Positions 43,464-52,551 are shown, counted from the stretch's first letter. The stretch: DNA of 56,745 bases from a virus (IMGVR_UViG_3300010400_000008:1-56745); one strand, 5' to 3'. Numbers and translations are program-made. The notes: generated by a model not told the origin, from the letters alone.

Positions 43464-43487
43464 AAACTGGACCAATTGGTCCAGTTT
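43464..43487. repeat. 24-bp perfect palindrome (family A, copy 3)
   Basis: AAACTGGACCAATTGGTCCAGTTT upstream of recombinase 2. Confidence 0.9.
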
Positions 43488-43561
43488 TACCCCGCCGATC
43501 GGTTCCGGGCTTACAGGACCGGCGGGCATCGCGCATTGCAGGATGCGCATGAGATACTGGC

Positions 43562-44596
43562 ATGGAAAATAGGTATCGAAAAGTCCGCTTTAAACTAGCT
43601 ATTTCTCCCATGCCACCCCTCGATCCTCCAGAGGCGGCGCCGCTGGTCGCAGTATCACCCGGTGATATCACACGGCGCCTCGACGAGCACCCCGCCGCCG
43701 TCTATCTCGCGCAGCTCACCACGCGCAGCCGCCGCACCCAGGCCTCCGCCCTCGACCAGGTGGCGCAGCTGCTGGGCTATGGGAGTGCCCTGGCGTGCCC
43801 GTGGCACCAGCTCAGCTACGCCCACACCGCAGCACTCCGCACCGCCCTGGCTGAGCGCTACGCCCCGGCCACGGCCAACCGCATGCTGGCAGCGCTCCGG
43901 CGGGTGTTGCAGGAGTGCTGGCGCCTGGGGCTGATGACGGTGGAGGCGTATGAGCGCGCCGCCGATCTGAAGGTCGTGAAAGAGGAGAAGCTGCCGAGTG
44001 GCCGCGCGCTCGATCCGTCCGAGGTGGCGGCGCTCTTTGCGGTGTGCGCGGGCGACTCGACCCCGGCCGGCGTGCGCGACGGCGCCTTGCTCGCGCTGCT
44101 GCTGGCGACCGGCCTGCGGCGCTCCGAGGCCGTGGCACTCGACCTGGCCGACTACACGCCCGCCAGCGGCGCGCTGAAGGTCCGCTCGGGGAAGGGTCGC
44201 AAGGATCGCCTGGTCTACGTCGGCGCGGCGGTGGCCGTGCTGGCATTGGCCGACTACCTGACGATCCGCGGGGCCTGGCCAGGGCCGCTGTTCGTCGCCG
44301 GGCGGCGCGGTGGGCATCTCCTGACCAGCCGTATGACTGATCAGTCGATCGCGCTCATCCTCGCACGTCGCGCCGCCCAGGCAGGTATCGCCGACGTATC
44401 ACCCCACGATCTGCGCCGCACCTTCGTGACCAATCTCCTGGACGCCGGCGCCGATATCGCGACCGTGCAGAAGCTGGCCGGGCACGCCGATCCCGCGACC
44501 ACGGCGCGCTACGACCGGCGTGGCGAGCAGGCAAAGCACGACGCGGCGGCGCTGCTCGATCTGCCGCCGATCCGGCGCACGCTGCCGCTGGACTAG
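43562..44596 (+). CDS. Tyrosine recombinase 2 (start uncertain)
   Basis: GLRRSE, GKGRK, HDLRR, AGHA, TARYD catalytic residues intact. Confidence 0.92.
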   Translation: MENRYRKVRFKLAISPMPPLDPPEAAPLVAVSPGDITRRLDEHPAAVYLAQLTTRSRRTQASALDQVAQLLGYGSALACPWHQLSYAHTAALRTALAERYAPATANRMLAALRRVLQECWRLGLMTVEAYERAADLKVVKEEKLPSGRALDPSEVAALFAVCAGDSTPAGVRDGALLALLLATGLRRSEAVALDLADYTPASGALKVRSGKGRKDRLVYVGAAVAVLALADYLTIRGAWPGPLFVAGRRGGHLLTSRMTDQSIALILARRAAQAGIADVSPHDLRRTFVTNLLDAGADIATVQKLAGHADPATTARYDRRGEQAKHDAAALLDLPPIRRTLPLD

Positions 44597-44958
44597 CCCC
44601 GGCGGGCGCCGGCCTCATGCTCCAGGCCCGCGCTCCCGACCGCCAGCGTCAGCGCCGCACGCGTCGTGGCCATCTCCCGCGCCAGCGCCTCGCACATCGC
44701 CGCGAACGTGCCGTTCTGCGTCCGGCCCATGTCGAGCAGCTGCACGAGCAGGCCCTGCAAGTTCATCGCCGGGTCGACAAATTGCTCGATCAGCCGGAAG
44801 CGCCGCTCCTCGGCTGCCGCATGGTCGTTTGCCGTCTGCGCCAGCTCGGCGATCGAGCCCTCGATCGCCGTCAGCCGCGTGATCACGATCGTCGCGAAGG
44901 ATGGCGCGATCAGGGTGGGCGGAATGACGGGCACCGCCTGGGTTGCCGGTTCTGCCAT
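44593..44958 (-). CDS. Helical hypothetical protein
   Basis: AAGGAGG RBS; extended -10 TGCTACACT at 44990-44982. Confidence 0.65.
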   Translation of the reverse strand: MAEPATQAVPVIPPTLIAPSFATIVITRLTAIEGSIAELAQTANDHAAAEERRFRLIEQFVDPAMNLQGLLVQLLDMGRTQNGTFAAMCEALAREMATTRAALTLAVGSAGLEHEAGARRG

Positions 44959-44999
44959 GGCAGCCTCCTTTGTCATGGGTGAGTGTAGCACGGTCGGTG

Positions 45000-45305
45000 T
45001 TAGTTCGGCGGCGGCTCGGGTGGGTGCGTCAGCTCCAGCCCCAGGTCGTCGGCCTGGTGCAGCTGCACGTCCAGGCGCTGGTACAGTCGCTCCAGGCGGT
45101 GGTAGGCCCTGATCAGCTCCGTGCCGTAGTAGCGCTGCGCCTGCTCGACGGCGGCGACTGCGGCCACGAGGTCGCGCTGGCGCTGGTGTGACGCGGTGAT
45201 GTGCGATTCGAGCAACGTCCGCATCGAACTGACATGGTCCTCGATTTTGAGCACACGATCGAGGATTGCGGCCTCGACGGCGGGTTGCTGCTCCATGGCG
45301 TCCAT
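45000..45305 (-). CDS. Coiled-coil hypothetical protein
   Basis: AAGGAGG RBS. Confidence 0.65.
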   Translation of the reverse strand: MDAMEQQPAVEAAILDRVLKIEDHVSSMRTLLESHITASHQRQRDLVAAVAAVEQAQRYYGTELIRAYHRLERLYQRLDVQLHQADDLGLELTHPPEPPPN

Positions 45306-45493
45306 CGTGCCTCCTTCGTGTAGCAGGCACTGTAGCAAACAGGCGTTCGAAGCGCAACGATAAAAATCTGGTTGGAAATGCTTCAAAACTATCGGCCGTC
45401 GTTTTGAACGATTGTGAGCGGCCGCACGACCGCAACCTTTCGCACATGCGTGCGTTCTATATGGTACTAGTAGCGAGACAGGAAGATCGGCCA

Positions 45494-45523
45494 TTGCCTC
45501 GCGCGGCGAGCTCGTGGTATGAT
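45494..45523 (+). promoter_or_regulatory. Candidate promoter heading the tRNA-lysis-packaging block
   Basis: TTGCCT-N18-TATGAT with TG extension. Confidence 0.5.
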
Positions 45524-45619
45524 ACCGGCGAACAGAGACGCCAGAGCGGAAACACCGCGCGGCACACGATCCGAGGATCGCGTGACGCGCGTTTTTGAGT
45601 CGCAGAACCAAGCACATCC

Positions 45620-45886
45620 ATGCCTGAGCACACCATTGCAGCACTCGACGACCTTCAGGCGCGCGGCTTTGGCACCGCCGAATTCCTTGTGGACAGCGAG
45701 GGGAACCTCATCCACATCGAAACCGTGTTTACGGCGCAGCTCGAAAAGGGCGAGAGCCTGGCCGATTTCATTGCGCGGGCACGGGTCGAGGGCATCTGGC
45801 AGCACGGCGATCGGATTCAGGTGCCGGCGCAGAATAAGCGCACCGAATACGTGCGCATCATCCGACCGGCGAAGAAGACCACGTAA
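45620..45886 (+). CDS. Hypothetical protein
   Basis: 88 aa directly before the tRNA. Confidence 0.6.
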   Translation: MPEHTIAALDDLQARGFGTAEFLVDSEGNLIHIETVFTAQLEKGESLADFIARARVEGIWQHGDRIQVPAQNKRTEYVRIIRPAKKTT

Positions 45887-45889
45887 CGC

Positions 45890-45964
45890 TGCGGTGTGGG
45901 GGAACGGTACCCCGTTGGGCTCATAACCCAAAGATAGCGAGTTCAACTCTCGCCACCGCTCCCA
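45890..45964 (+). tRNA. tRNA-Met(CAT), initiator-type
   Basis: Full cloverleaf: D stem GGGG/CCCC, anticodon arm TTGGG-CTCATAA-CCCAA, T arm GCGAG-TTCAACT-CTCGC, 1:72 mismatch, encoded CCA. Confidence 0.9.
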
Positions 45965-45999
45965 ACAACCTATAGATCATGTGACCTATCGGAACCACC

Positions 46000-46043
46000 G
46001 GGGGTCGCTCGTTCTCTTGTCGAGAACGGCGACCCCCATTTTT
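46000..46043 (+). terminator. Intrinsic terminator after the tRNA
   Basis: GGGGGTCGCTCGTTCTC...GAGAACGGCGACCCCC-ATTTTT. Confidence 0.75.
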
Positions 46044-46144
46044 ATGCGACGCTCCCCCGCCAGCCGACGATCAGCCGCTGCGCGCCCACTCAGGCCATTG
46101 ATGCAGGCAGGCCACGGCGGGGGGAGCTCCCAAGGCACGAACCC

Positions 46145-46471
46145 ATGGCCATCAGCCCGGTCGACGCCATCCGCCTGGAGAGCCAGGCCGAGTCACGCGG
46201 CAGTCAGTACGCCCTGGTCCTGAACCTCACGACTGAGGTGGCGCTGCTGCGGCGCGACGTGCGGCTGCTGATGCTCAGCGCGATCCCGGCGGCGCTCGTC
46301 GCCCTGGTCGTCGCGATCATCGCCCTGGTGCTGGTCGTGCAATTCATCATGTTCCGTCCGGCTGGCGCGTTCGCGCCGGCGCCTTTCATCGCCCCTGCCT
46401 CGGCCGGCCCTTTGCTCGCGCCGCTGGCCAGCCTCGACCAGCGGCCGGGCATCCTCTTTATGGAGGCCTGA
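46145..46471 (+). CDS. Single-TM protein (lysis-associated?)
   Basis: AALVALVVAIIALVLVVQFIMF. Confidence 0.55.
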   Translation: MAISPVDAIRLESQAESRGSQYALVLNLTTEVALLRRDVRLLMLSAIPAALVALVVAIIALVLVVQFIMFRPAGAFAPAPFIAPASAGPLLAPLASLDQRPGILFMEA

Positions 46472-46758
46472 TGCGTCATCCCTTCCCGATCGCCGAGACA
46501 CCCGTCGCCGTCCACCTGCGCCTGCTCCGCGAGCGGCGCGAGGTGGCGATCCTGGCGACGATACCCAAAGTGTTGCACCTCTATCCGGGGATACTGCGCG
46601 CCTGCGAGCGCTATGCGTTCATGGTCGCGGCCAATGTCAGTAATCGCCGGCTGCGCCGCGTGATCTATCCCTGGCAGCGCCGACCCGTCGATCCGGCGAA
46701 GCATCCCAAGGCCCGCGTCAAGCGTGGGCGCCTGCGCAATCCGACCGCGTTACGCTAG
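46471..46758 (+). CDS. Basic hypothetical protein
   Basis: TGATG overlap, GGAGG RBS. Confidence 0.5.
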   Translation: MRHPFPIAETPVAVHLRLLRERREVAILATIPKVLHLYPGILRACERYAFMVAANVSNRRLRRVIYPWQRRPVDPAKHPKARVKRGRLRNPTALR

Positions 46759-46765
46759 GAGCGAC

Positions 46766-47344
46766 ATGACCTCCACCCCCCAGCAGCCGGCGCGACAGCC
46801 GAGCTCTGATTTCTATCCGACGCTCATTATCGTCGCCGGGCTGGCGCTGATCGGGTTCCTGCTCTCGACCCAAGAGATCGTCGCGGTGGGACCGTTCGTG
46901 CTCGCGATCATCGGGTTTGTGGCGAACGAGATCTACAAAATGCGCCAGTCGCGCGCCAATACCGAGAAATTGGCCGTCATGGCCCCCCGGGTCGACGAGG
47001 CGGTGGCGCAGTCGCAGGATAACGGCGCGCAACTCGCGGCCATCGCCCCCCAGGTGGATGCCGCCGTCGCGGCCGTCGCCGACAACACGCAGCTGACCGC
47101 CGACACGAAGGGACTGGTCAACGGCCAGGCGACCGAATTTCGACAGCAGACCGCCGAGTTTAAACAGGCCCTGGTCGAGATGTCGGCGCAGAAGACCGAG
47201 ATCGCCGCCCAAAAGGCCGAGATCGCCGCGCTGATCGAGCTGGCACGCTCGACGCTGGCGGAGGTGACGGCCCGCGATGCGGGCATGGAGGCTGGCCGGG
47301 CCCAGATCATCGCCGAGAACGCACCACCCGAGAGCATCCCATGA
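46766..47344 (+). CDS. Holin-like protein (2 TM plus coiled coil)
   Basis: Two N-terminal hydrophobic helices directly before the lysins; AGGAG RBS. Confidence 0.55.
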   Translation: MTSTPQQPARQPSSDFYPTLIIVAGLALIGFLLSTQEIVAVGPFVLAIIGFVANEIYKMRQSRANTEKLAVMAPRVDEAVAQSQDNGAQLAAIAPQVDAAVAAVADNTQLTADTKGLVNGQATEFRQQTAEFKQALVEMSAQKTEIAAQKAEIAALIELARSTLAEVTARDAGMEAGRAQIIAENAPPESIP

Positions 47345-47940
47345 TCACCGCCGACAGCGCCATCCTGGCCGCCCCGCGCGCGACCCTGGAGCAGTGCAGC
47401 CGCTTCATGCTCGCGCGCCCCTACGGCGCGTACCACTATTGCGATATCCACGACGTCATCCTGCCCAGCTACTTCGACCTCTGTGAGCTGGTCGGCGTCG
47501 ATCCCTGCCTGGCCATCGCGCAGCTCATCCACGAGACCGGCAACCTGACGAGCTGGTGGTCGCAGCGCCCGCGCCGCAACCCGGCGGGCATCGGTGTCAC
47601 CGGGCACTCCCAGGCCTGGAAGCCGGCCATCATCGTGCCGGGCCAGGCGTGGGCACACCATCCGGACGGTACCTGGCATGAGGGCCTCTCGTTTGGCGAC
47701 TGGTGCAAGGGCAGTGTCCCCGCTCACGTCGGGCGCCTGCTGGCCTACGCACTGCGCGACGACCAGGCCAACCCGGCGCAGCAGCTGCTCATCCGGCGCG
47801 CTCTGGCGTGGCGTCCCCTGCCCAGCAGCTACCGAGGCGCGGCGCCTACCCTGGCGGGCCTGCGAGGCCGCTGGGCGGTGCCGGGCACCGACTACCCTGA
47901 CAAGCTCGCGGCGATCGCCCGCGCCATCCAGAGGGCGTGA
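47341..47940 (+). CDS. Glucosaminidase-like (GH73) cell wall hydrolase
   Basis: GVDPCLAIAQLIHETG..NPAGIG..RWA..Y motifs. Confidence 0.75.
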   Translation: MITADSAILAAPRATLEQCSRFMLARPYGAYHYCDIHDVILPSYFDLCELVGVDPCLAIAQLIHETGNLTSWWSQRPRRNPAGIGVTGHSQAWKPAIIVPGQAWAHHPDGTWHEGLSFGDWCKGSVPAHVGRLLAYALRDDQANPAQQLLIRRALAWRPLPSSYRGAAPTLAGLRGRWAVPGTDYPDKLAAIARAIQRA

Positions 47941-48692
47941 TGCCGACGATCGACCGCACCACCTATCAAAAGGCTACGCGGCCGATTGGCTCGGGCTACG
48001 ACCGCCGTGTGAAGGGCGTGACGCCGCGCAAGCTGGTTATCCACACGACCAACGGCAATCGCGGCAGCAGCTTCGCGGCCGAGTGCCGCTACTGCGTCAA
48101 CAGCAACGCGATCGGCATCCACTATGAGATCGGCAAGGAGGGCCAGATCGTCGAGCAGCTCGATCCCATGTGGCGTGCCTGGCACGTCGGCCGCAGTCTG
48201 CCGGGCTGGGGCAACAACGACGCGATCGGCGTCGAGTGCCATCACGCCGTTGGTGAGGCCTGGACACCCGCGCAGCACGATGCGCTCACCTGGCTGACCA
48301 AGGAGCACCTGATGCCGCGCTACGGCATCACGCCCGCCGCTATCGACACCCACCGCGCGGTGGCGCTGCCCCACGGCCGCAAAGTCGATCCGAGCGACTG
48401 GTCCGATGCATGGTTCTACGCCTGGCGCGCGGCGCTCAGTGGCCTGGCCTATGTGCCGCAGCCCGCGCGCCTGGCCAGCTACATCACCACGACCGCCGTC
48501 AACGTGCGGCAGGGGCCGAGCCGCGCGAAACCGATCGCCTTGGATGGCCATTGCGTGTTAGCGAAAGATTTTGCGTTCCAGAGCGATGTGACGGTGCAGG
48601 GCGAGGCGATCGGCGGCAACGGCACATGGGTGCATCTGGTCGTCCCGGCCGCCTGGGGCTTCGTGCATAGCTCGTGTGTGAGGCGGGTATGA
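47940..48692 (+). CDS. N-acetylmuramoyl-L-alanine amidase (Amidase_2) with SH3-like tail
   Basis: LVIHTT, HYEI, AWHVG, IGVE, THR..KVDP; VNVRQGP..WVH..GFVH. Confidence 0.85.
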   Translation: MPTIDRTTYQKATRPIGSGYDRRVKGVTPRKLVIHTTNGNRGSSFAAECRYCVNSNAIGIHYEIGKEGQIVEQLDPMWRAWHVGRSLPGWGNNDAIGVECHHAVGEAWTPAQHDALTWLTKEHLMPRYGITPAAIDTHRAVALPHGRKVDPSDWSDAWFYAWRAALSGLAYVPQPARLASYITTTAVNVRQGPSRAKPIALDGHCVLAKDFAFQSDVTVQGEAIGGNGTWVHLVVPAAWGFVHSSCVRRV

Positions 48693-49126
48693 GTACCCCC
48701 GACGACTATTGCGGCCGGCACAACACCCGCGGCGCCGGCGCATGTCCATATTGTCTTGTCGATCAGGGCGCCGACGTGGTGCCCGAGGGTCGCATTCGCG
48801 AACTGCGCGAGCAGCTGCGCATTCTGGAGGCCCGCATCGCCGACGGTGAGTCGGCCCAGATCGCGCTCGGCATGCGCGTGGCCGACCTGGAGCACGATCG
48901 CATCGCCGCCCAGAAGGCGCACAATGCGCTGGCCGGGGCGCATGAGCATCTCGCCGAGCTTTTTACCATCCAGACGCAGACGTATGAATCGCTCAGCCGG
49001 CAGATCGCCATGCTCATCCAGCAGGACGCCCGGCGCGGCCTCGATCTGGCAAAGGTCGAGCGCGCCCAGAACGACCTCGACGAGCGCCTAACCGAGCTGG
49101 AGGATCGCCGTGATGAGCGCCTGTAA
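48689..49126 (+). CDS. Coiled-coil protein with N-terminal Cys/His motif
   Basis: CGRH..CPYC; ATGA overlap. Confidence 0.6.
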   Translation: MSTPDDYCGRHNTRGAGACPYCLVDQGADVVPEGRIRELREQLRILEARIADGESAQIALGMRVADLEHDRIAAQKAHNALAGAHEHLAELFTIQTQTYESLSRQIAMLIQQDARRGLDLAKVERAQNDLDERLTELEDRRDERL

Positions 49127-49232
49127 GTGCCCGTGCTGCGGCTGGTGGGTGCGTGGCCTGGTCCGCTGGCGCGATCGCGGCTGGGAGCTGCACTGCTGGA
49201 TCTGCGCGGCCTGGGTGAGCTGGGGGAAGTAG

Positions 49233-49445
49233 ATGGGCGACCGTGCTGGGCGACGTGCCGCGACCACGCGGATCAAGCGCCGGGTGGCCGGCTACTACGG
49301 CGGCTATGCACGCGGCGACGCGCGCCACATCGGGCGGCTTACCCAGACGCGCACGCCCTGCTCGTGCCCGATGTGCGGCAACCCGCGCCGGCACTTCGGC
49401 ACACCGACGATCCAGGAGCAGCGGAGCCGCGCCGATGCGGGCTAA
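49233..49445 (+). CDS. Small basic Cys-containing phage protein
   Basis: PCSCPMCGNPRR motif. Confidence 0.55.
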   Translation: MGDRAGRRAATTRIKRRVAGYYGGYARGDARHIGRLTQTRTPCSCPMCGNPRRHFGTPTIQEQRSRADAG

Positions 49446-49575
49446 CCTGCGCGACCCTGGCTGGTGGGTACTCTTCGTCTGGTGCCGCATCTACTGGGCG
49501 CTCCTGTGGCTTGATCGATGGGTCTATCGGCCACTTGTGTGGCTGGTACAGCATGACTGACTAGAATTATGGCGC

Positions 49576-50298
49576 ATGTCCTACACCCTCTATCACGGAG
49601 ACGCCCTGGCGCGACTCCGGACGCTCCCCGACGCGAGCATCGACGCGGTGATTGCCGATGAGCCGTATTCGAGCGGCGGCACGTCGAGCCGCGAGCGGAT
49701 CAGCCGCAGTCCGCGCGATAAGTACCAAACGAGCGGCACCGAACGCACCTATCCAACCTTTTACGGCGAGCACCGCGACCAACGCTCCTTTGGCTACTGG
49801 TGCGCGCTCTGGCTGGCCGAGTGCCTACGCATTGCCCAGCCCGGCGCGCCGATCTGCGTCTTTTCAGACTGGCGGCAGCTGCCCACCGCCACCGACGCGT
49901 TGCAGGCCGGTGGCTGGCGCTGGCAGGGCATCGTTCCGTGGAACAAGCCCAGCGCCCGGCCGCATCTCGGCCGCTTTACCAATCAGTGTGAGTACGTCAT
50001 CTGGGGCAGTAACGGCCCGCTGGGCGAGCGGCCAGGCATCGGCGTGCTGCCGGGCCTGATCACCGTCCCAGTCGTGGCGAGAGACAAGTTTCATCTGACC
50101 GGCAAGCCGATCGCGGTGATGGAGCAGCTCGTGCGCATCTGCGCCCCCGGCGGTACCATCCTCGACCCGTTTATGGGCAGCGGCTCGACCGGGGTGGCGG
50201 CGCTCAAACACGGCTATCGCTTCATCGGTATCGAGCAGTCGGCCGAATATATTGCCATTGCCCAAGAGCGGCTAGAGGATGCGCTGCAGAACCCATGA
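49576..50298 (+). CDS. N6/N4 DNA methyltransferase (beta class)
   Basis: ADEPYSSGG (motif IV variant), HLTGKP, ILDPFMGSGSTG. Confidence 0.88.
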   Translation: MSYTLYHGDALARLRTLPDASIDAVIADEPYSSGGTSSRERISRSPRDKYQTSGTERTYPTFYGEHRDQRSFGYWCALWLAECLRIAQPGAPICVFSDWRQLPTATDALQAGGWRWQGIVPWNKPSARPHLGRFTNQCEYVIWGSNGPLGERPGIGVLPGLITVPVVARDKFHLTGKPIAVMEQLVRICAPGGTILDPFMGSGSTGVAALKHGYRFIGIEQSAEYIAIAQERLEDALQNP

Positions 50299-51083
50299 AT
50301 AGTCCGACCTACTTCACATCCACCGATAAGCGCTGCGAGACCAGCGCCATCGAAGAAGCAATTATCAAGCAGCTCCAGGATCTGGGCATCCCGCTCGTGC
50401 CGCAGGTCAAGCTGGGCAATAACTGGGTGTTCGACGGCGCGATCGACGGCACGATGGTGCTGGTCGAGGTCCACGGCGAGTACTGGCACACCCTACCCGA
50501 GGTCCAGGCGCGCGACGCCCGCAAGCAGCAGTGGGCCGACCAGAACGGCTACACCATCCTGACCATCTGGGAGGCCGACTACCAGAACGACCCTGACGCG
50601 GCGCTGACGATCGTCGCCGACCACTATGCGGCGATCAAGACATTCACGGACGCGGGGGATAAAGGTGGCAAAGGTGGCATGGATCACCTGCGCCGCAGCG
50701 ACTACGGCACATGGCATGCGGCGTTTTTAGCCGCGCTGGGGCAGACCGGCATCATCCTCGACGCCTGCGACTTCGCCGGCGTCCACCGCGAGACCGTGCG
50801 CAAGCACCGCCGCGACGACCCGGCCTTCAACGAGGCGTTCAAGGACGCCCGCCGTGACGCCGCCGATCGATTGAGGCGCCGCTACCACCAGCGCGCCGAG
50901 CAGCAGAGCGATCGGGCGATGGAGTTTCTCCTCAAGACCCTCGACCCGGACGAGTATGGCGACGGGCACGCCGCGTTGCTCCAGGGGCTGATGCAGTACC
51001 TGGACCTGTCGAAGCTGAGCAATGAGCAAATCGAACGGCTCAGGGCCGGCGACGACCCGATCGCGGTCCTCCTCGGCGGCTGA
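50295..51083 (+). CDS. Terminase small subunit fused to an N-terminal DUF559/Vsr-like nuclease domain
   Basis: FD..VEVHGEYWH..RDARK..GYTILTIWE, then FLAAL..ACDFAGVHRETVRKHRRDDPAF. Confidence 0.7.
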   Translation: MNSPTYFTSTDKRCETSAIEEAIIKQLQDLGIPLVPQVKLGNNWVFDGAIDGTMVLVEVHGEYWHTLPEVQARDARKQQWADQNGYTILTIWEADYQNDPDAALTIVADHYAAIKTFTDAGDKGGKGGMDHLRRSDYGTWHAAFLAALGQTGIILDACDFAGVHRETVRKHRRDDPAFNEAFKDARRDAADRLRRRYHQRAEQQSDRAMEFLLKTLDPDEYGDGHAALLQGLMQYLDLSKLSNEQIERLRAGDDPIAVLLGG

Positions 51084-52551
51084 GCTTGACATCCGCCTGC
51101 GCGCCGAGCAGGAGAAGCGCCGGCGCGAGGCTGCGCAGGGCGATGCCCCGCCGCCACTGACCTTCCGTGCCTACATCGCGCTGGTCAGCCCCAAGTATCA
51201 GTTCTACCGCCACTGCAAGGAGCTGATCGCCGTTTTACAACAGGTCGCCGACGGCACACTCACCCGCGTGATGGTCTTCGAGCCGCCGCGCCACGGCAAG
51301 AGCGAGCTCGTCTCGCGGCTCTTCCCGGCCTACTACCTCTACCGCTACCCGGATCGCTTCGTCGGCCTGGCCAGCTACGGCGCCGACCTGGCCTACACCC
51401 TCAGTCGCGCAGCTCGTGAGTTCTATCTGCGCGGCGGTGGGCAGCTCCACAAGGCCAGCCGCGCGGTCAAGCAGTGGCTGACACGGGAGGGCGGGGGGCT
51501 CTGGGCGGCCGGTGTGGGCGGCCCCGCGACCGGCAAGGGATTTCATCTTGGCATTATCGACGACCCGATCAAGGACGCCAAGGAGGCCGCCAGCGAGGCC
51601 AAGCGCGCCGGCGACCAGGATTGGTACGGGTCGGTCTGGACCACCCGCGAGGAGCCCGGCGGCGCGATCGTTATTGTCCAGACGCGCTGGAGCGAAGCCG
51701 ATCTTTCAGGCTACGTCCTGGAGCTGGAGGCCGAAGAGCCCGAGCGCTGGTATATCGTGCATCTGCCGGCGATCTGTGACCCCGACGATCTGCCAACCTA
51801 CCCCGCGACCTGCACGGTCCATCCCGACTGGCGTGAGCCCGGCGAGCCGCTCTGTCCCGAGCGCTACCCCCTGGAGCGGCTCAAGAAGGTCGCCAAGCGC
51901 ATCCGCGAGTACTTCTTTGGCGCGCTGTTTCAGCAGCGGCCGCGGCCCCGATCAGGCGGCATGTTCCGCCGCCAGGATCTCGAGCATATTGTCGGCGCAG
52001 CCCCCCGCACGGCGCGCCGGGTGCGCTACTGGGATCTTGCCGGGGCCGACCAAGGCAAGGGCGACTGGACGGTCGGGGCGCTCGTGGCCCTCCACGCCGA
52101 TCGCATCGTGATCGAGGATGTCGTGCGCGGCCAGTGGCCCGCCGCCGAGCGCAACGCCGTCATCCGCCAGACCGCCCGCGACGATCGACGGCGCGGCACG
52201 GACGCCACCTACATCGAGCAGCCGCCAGGGCTCGCCAAAGAGGCCTGCGACACCATCATTCGGCTGCTGCTGCTCGACGGCGTAGTGGCCCGCGCGGACC
52301 CGGTGCATGGCGACAAGGTCAGCCGGGCCGAGCCGCTGGCCGCCTGCTGCCAGGCCCAGCTGGTCGACCTGGTTGCGGGGGACTGGCACCGCGCATTCTT
52401 CGAAGAGCTGGAGTCCTTCCCCCACGGCAAAAACGACGACCAGGTCGACGCCGGCGCGGGCGGGGTCAACCGCCTGCTCGACCCGACCCAGTGGCAATCT
52501 GAGGAACCCGACGAGGACGACGAGGAAGGCATTCGCATCAGCACGCTATGA
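51022..52551 (+). CDS. terL: Terminase large subunit
   Basis: PPRHGKS, GIIDDP, QTRW, YWDLA, NDDQVDA. Confidence 0.93.
   Translation: MSKSNGSGPATTRSRSSSAAELDIRLRAEQEKRRREAAQGDAPPPLTFRAYIALVSPKYQFYRHCKELIAVLQQVADGTLTRVMVFEPPRHGKSELVSRLFPAYYLYRYPDRFVGLASYGADLAYTLSRAAREFYLRGGGQLHKASRAVKQWLTREGGGLWAAGVGGPATGKGFHLGIIDDPIKDAKEAASEAKRAGDQDWYGSVWTTREEPGGAIVIVQTRWSEADLSGYVLELEAEEPERWYIVHLPAICDPDDLPTYPATCTVHPDWREPGEPLCPERYPLERLKKVAKRIREYFFGALFQQRPRPRSGGMFRRQDLEHIVGAAPRTARRVRYWDLAGADQGKGDWTVGALVALHADRIVIEDVVRGQWPAAERNAVIRQTARDDRRRGTDATYIEQPPGLAKEACDTIIRLLLLDGVVARADPVHGDKVSRAEPLAACCQAQLVDLVAGDWHRAFFEELESFPHGKNDDQVDAGAGGVNRLLDPTQWQSEEPDEDDEEGIRISTL

Noticed and set aside
45411-45421. ATTGTGAGCGG match to the lac operator left half
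   Set aside because: Only 11 bp with no second half or vector context; chance match
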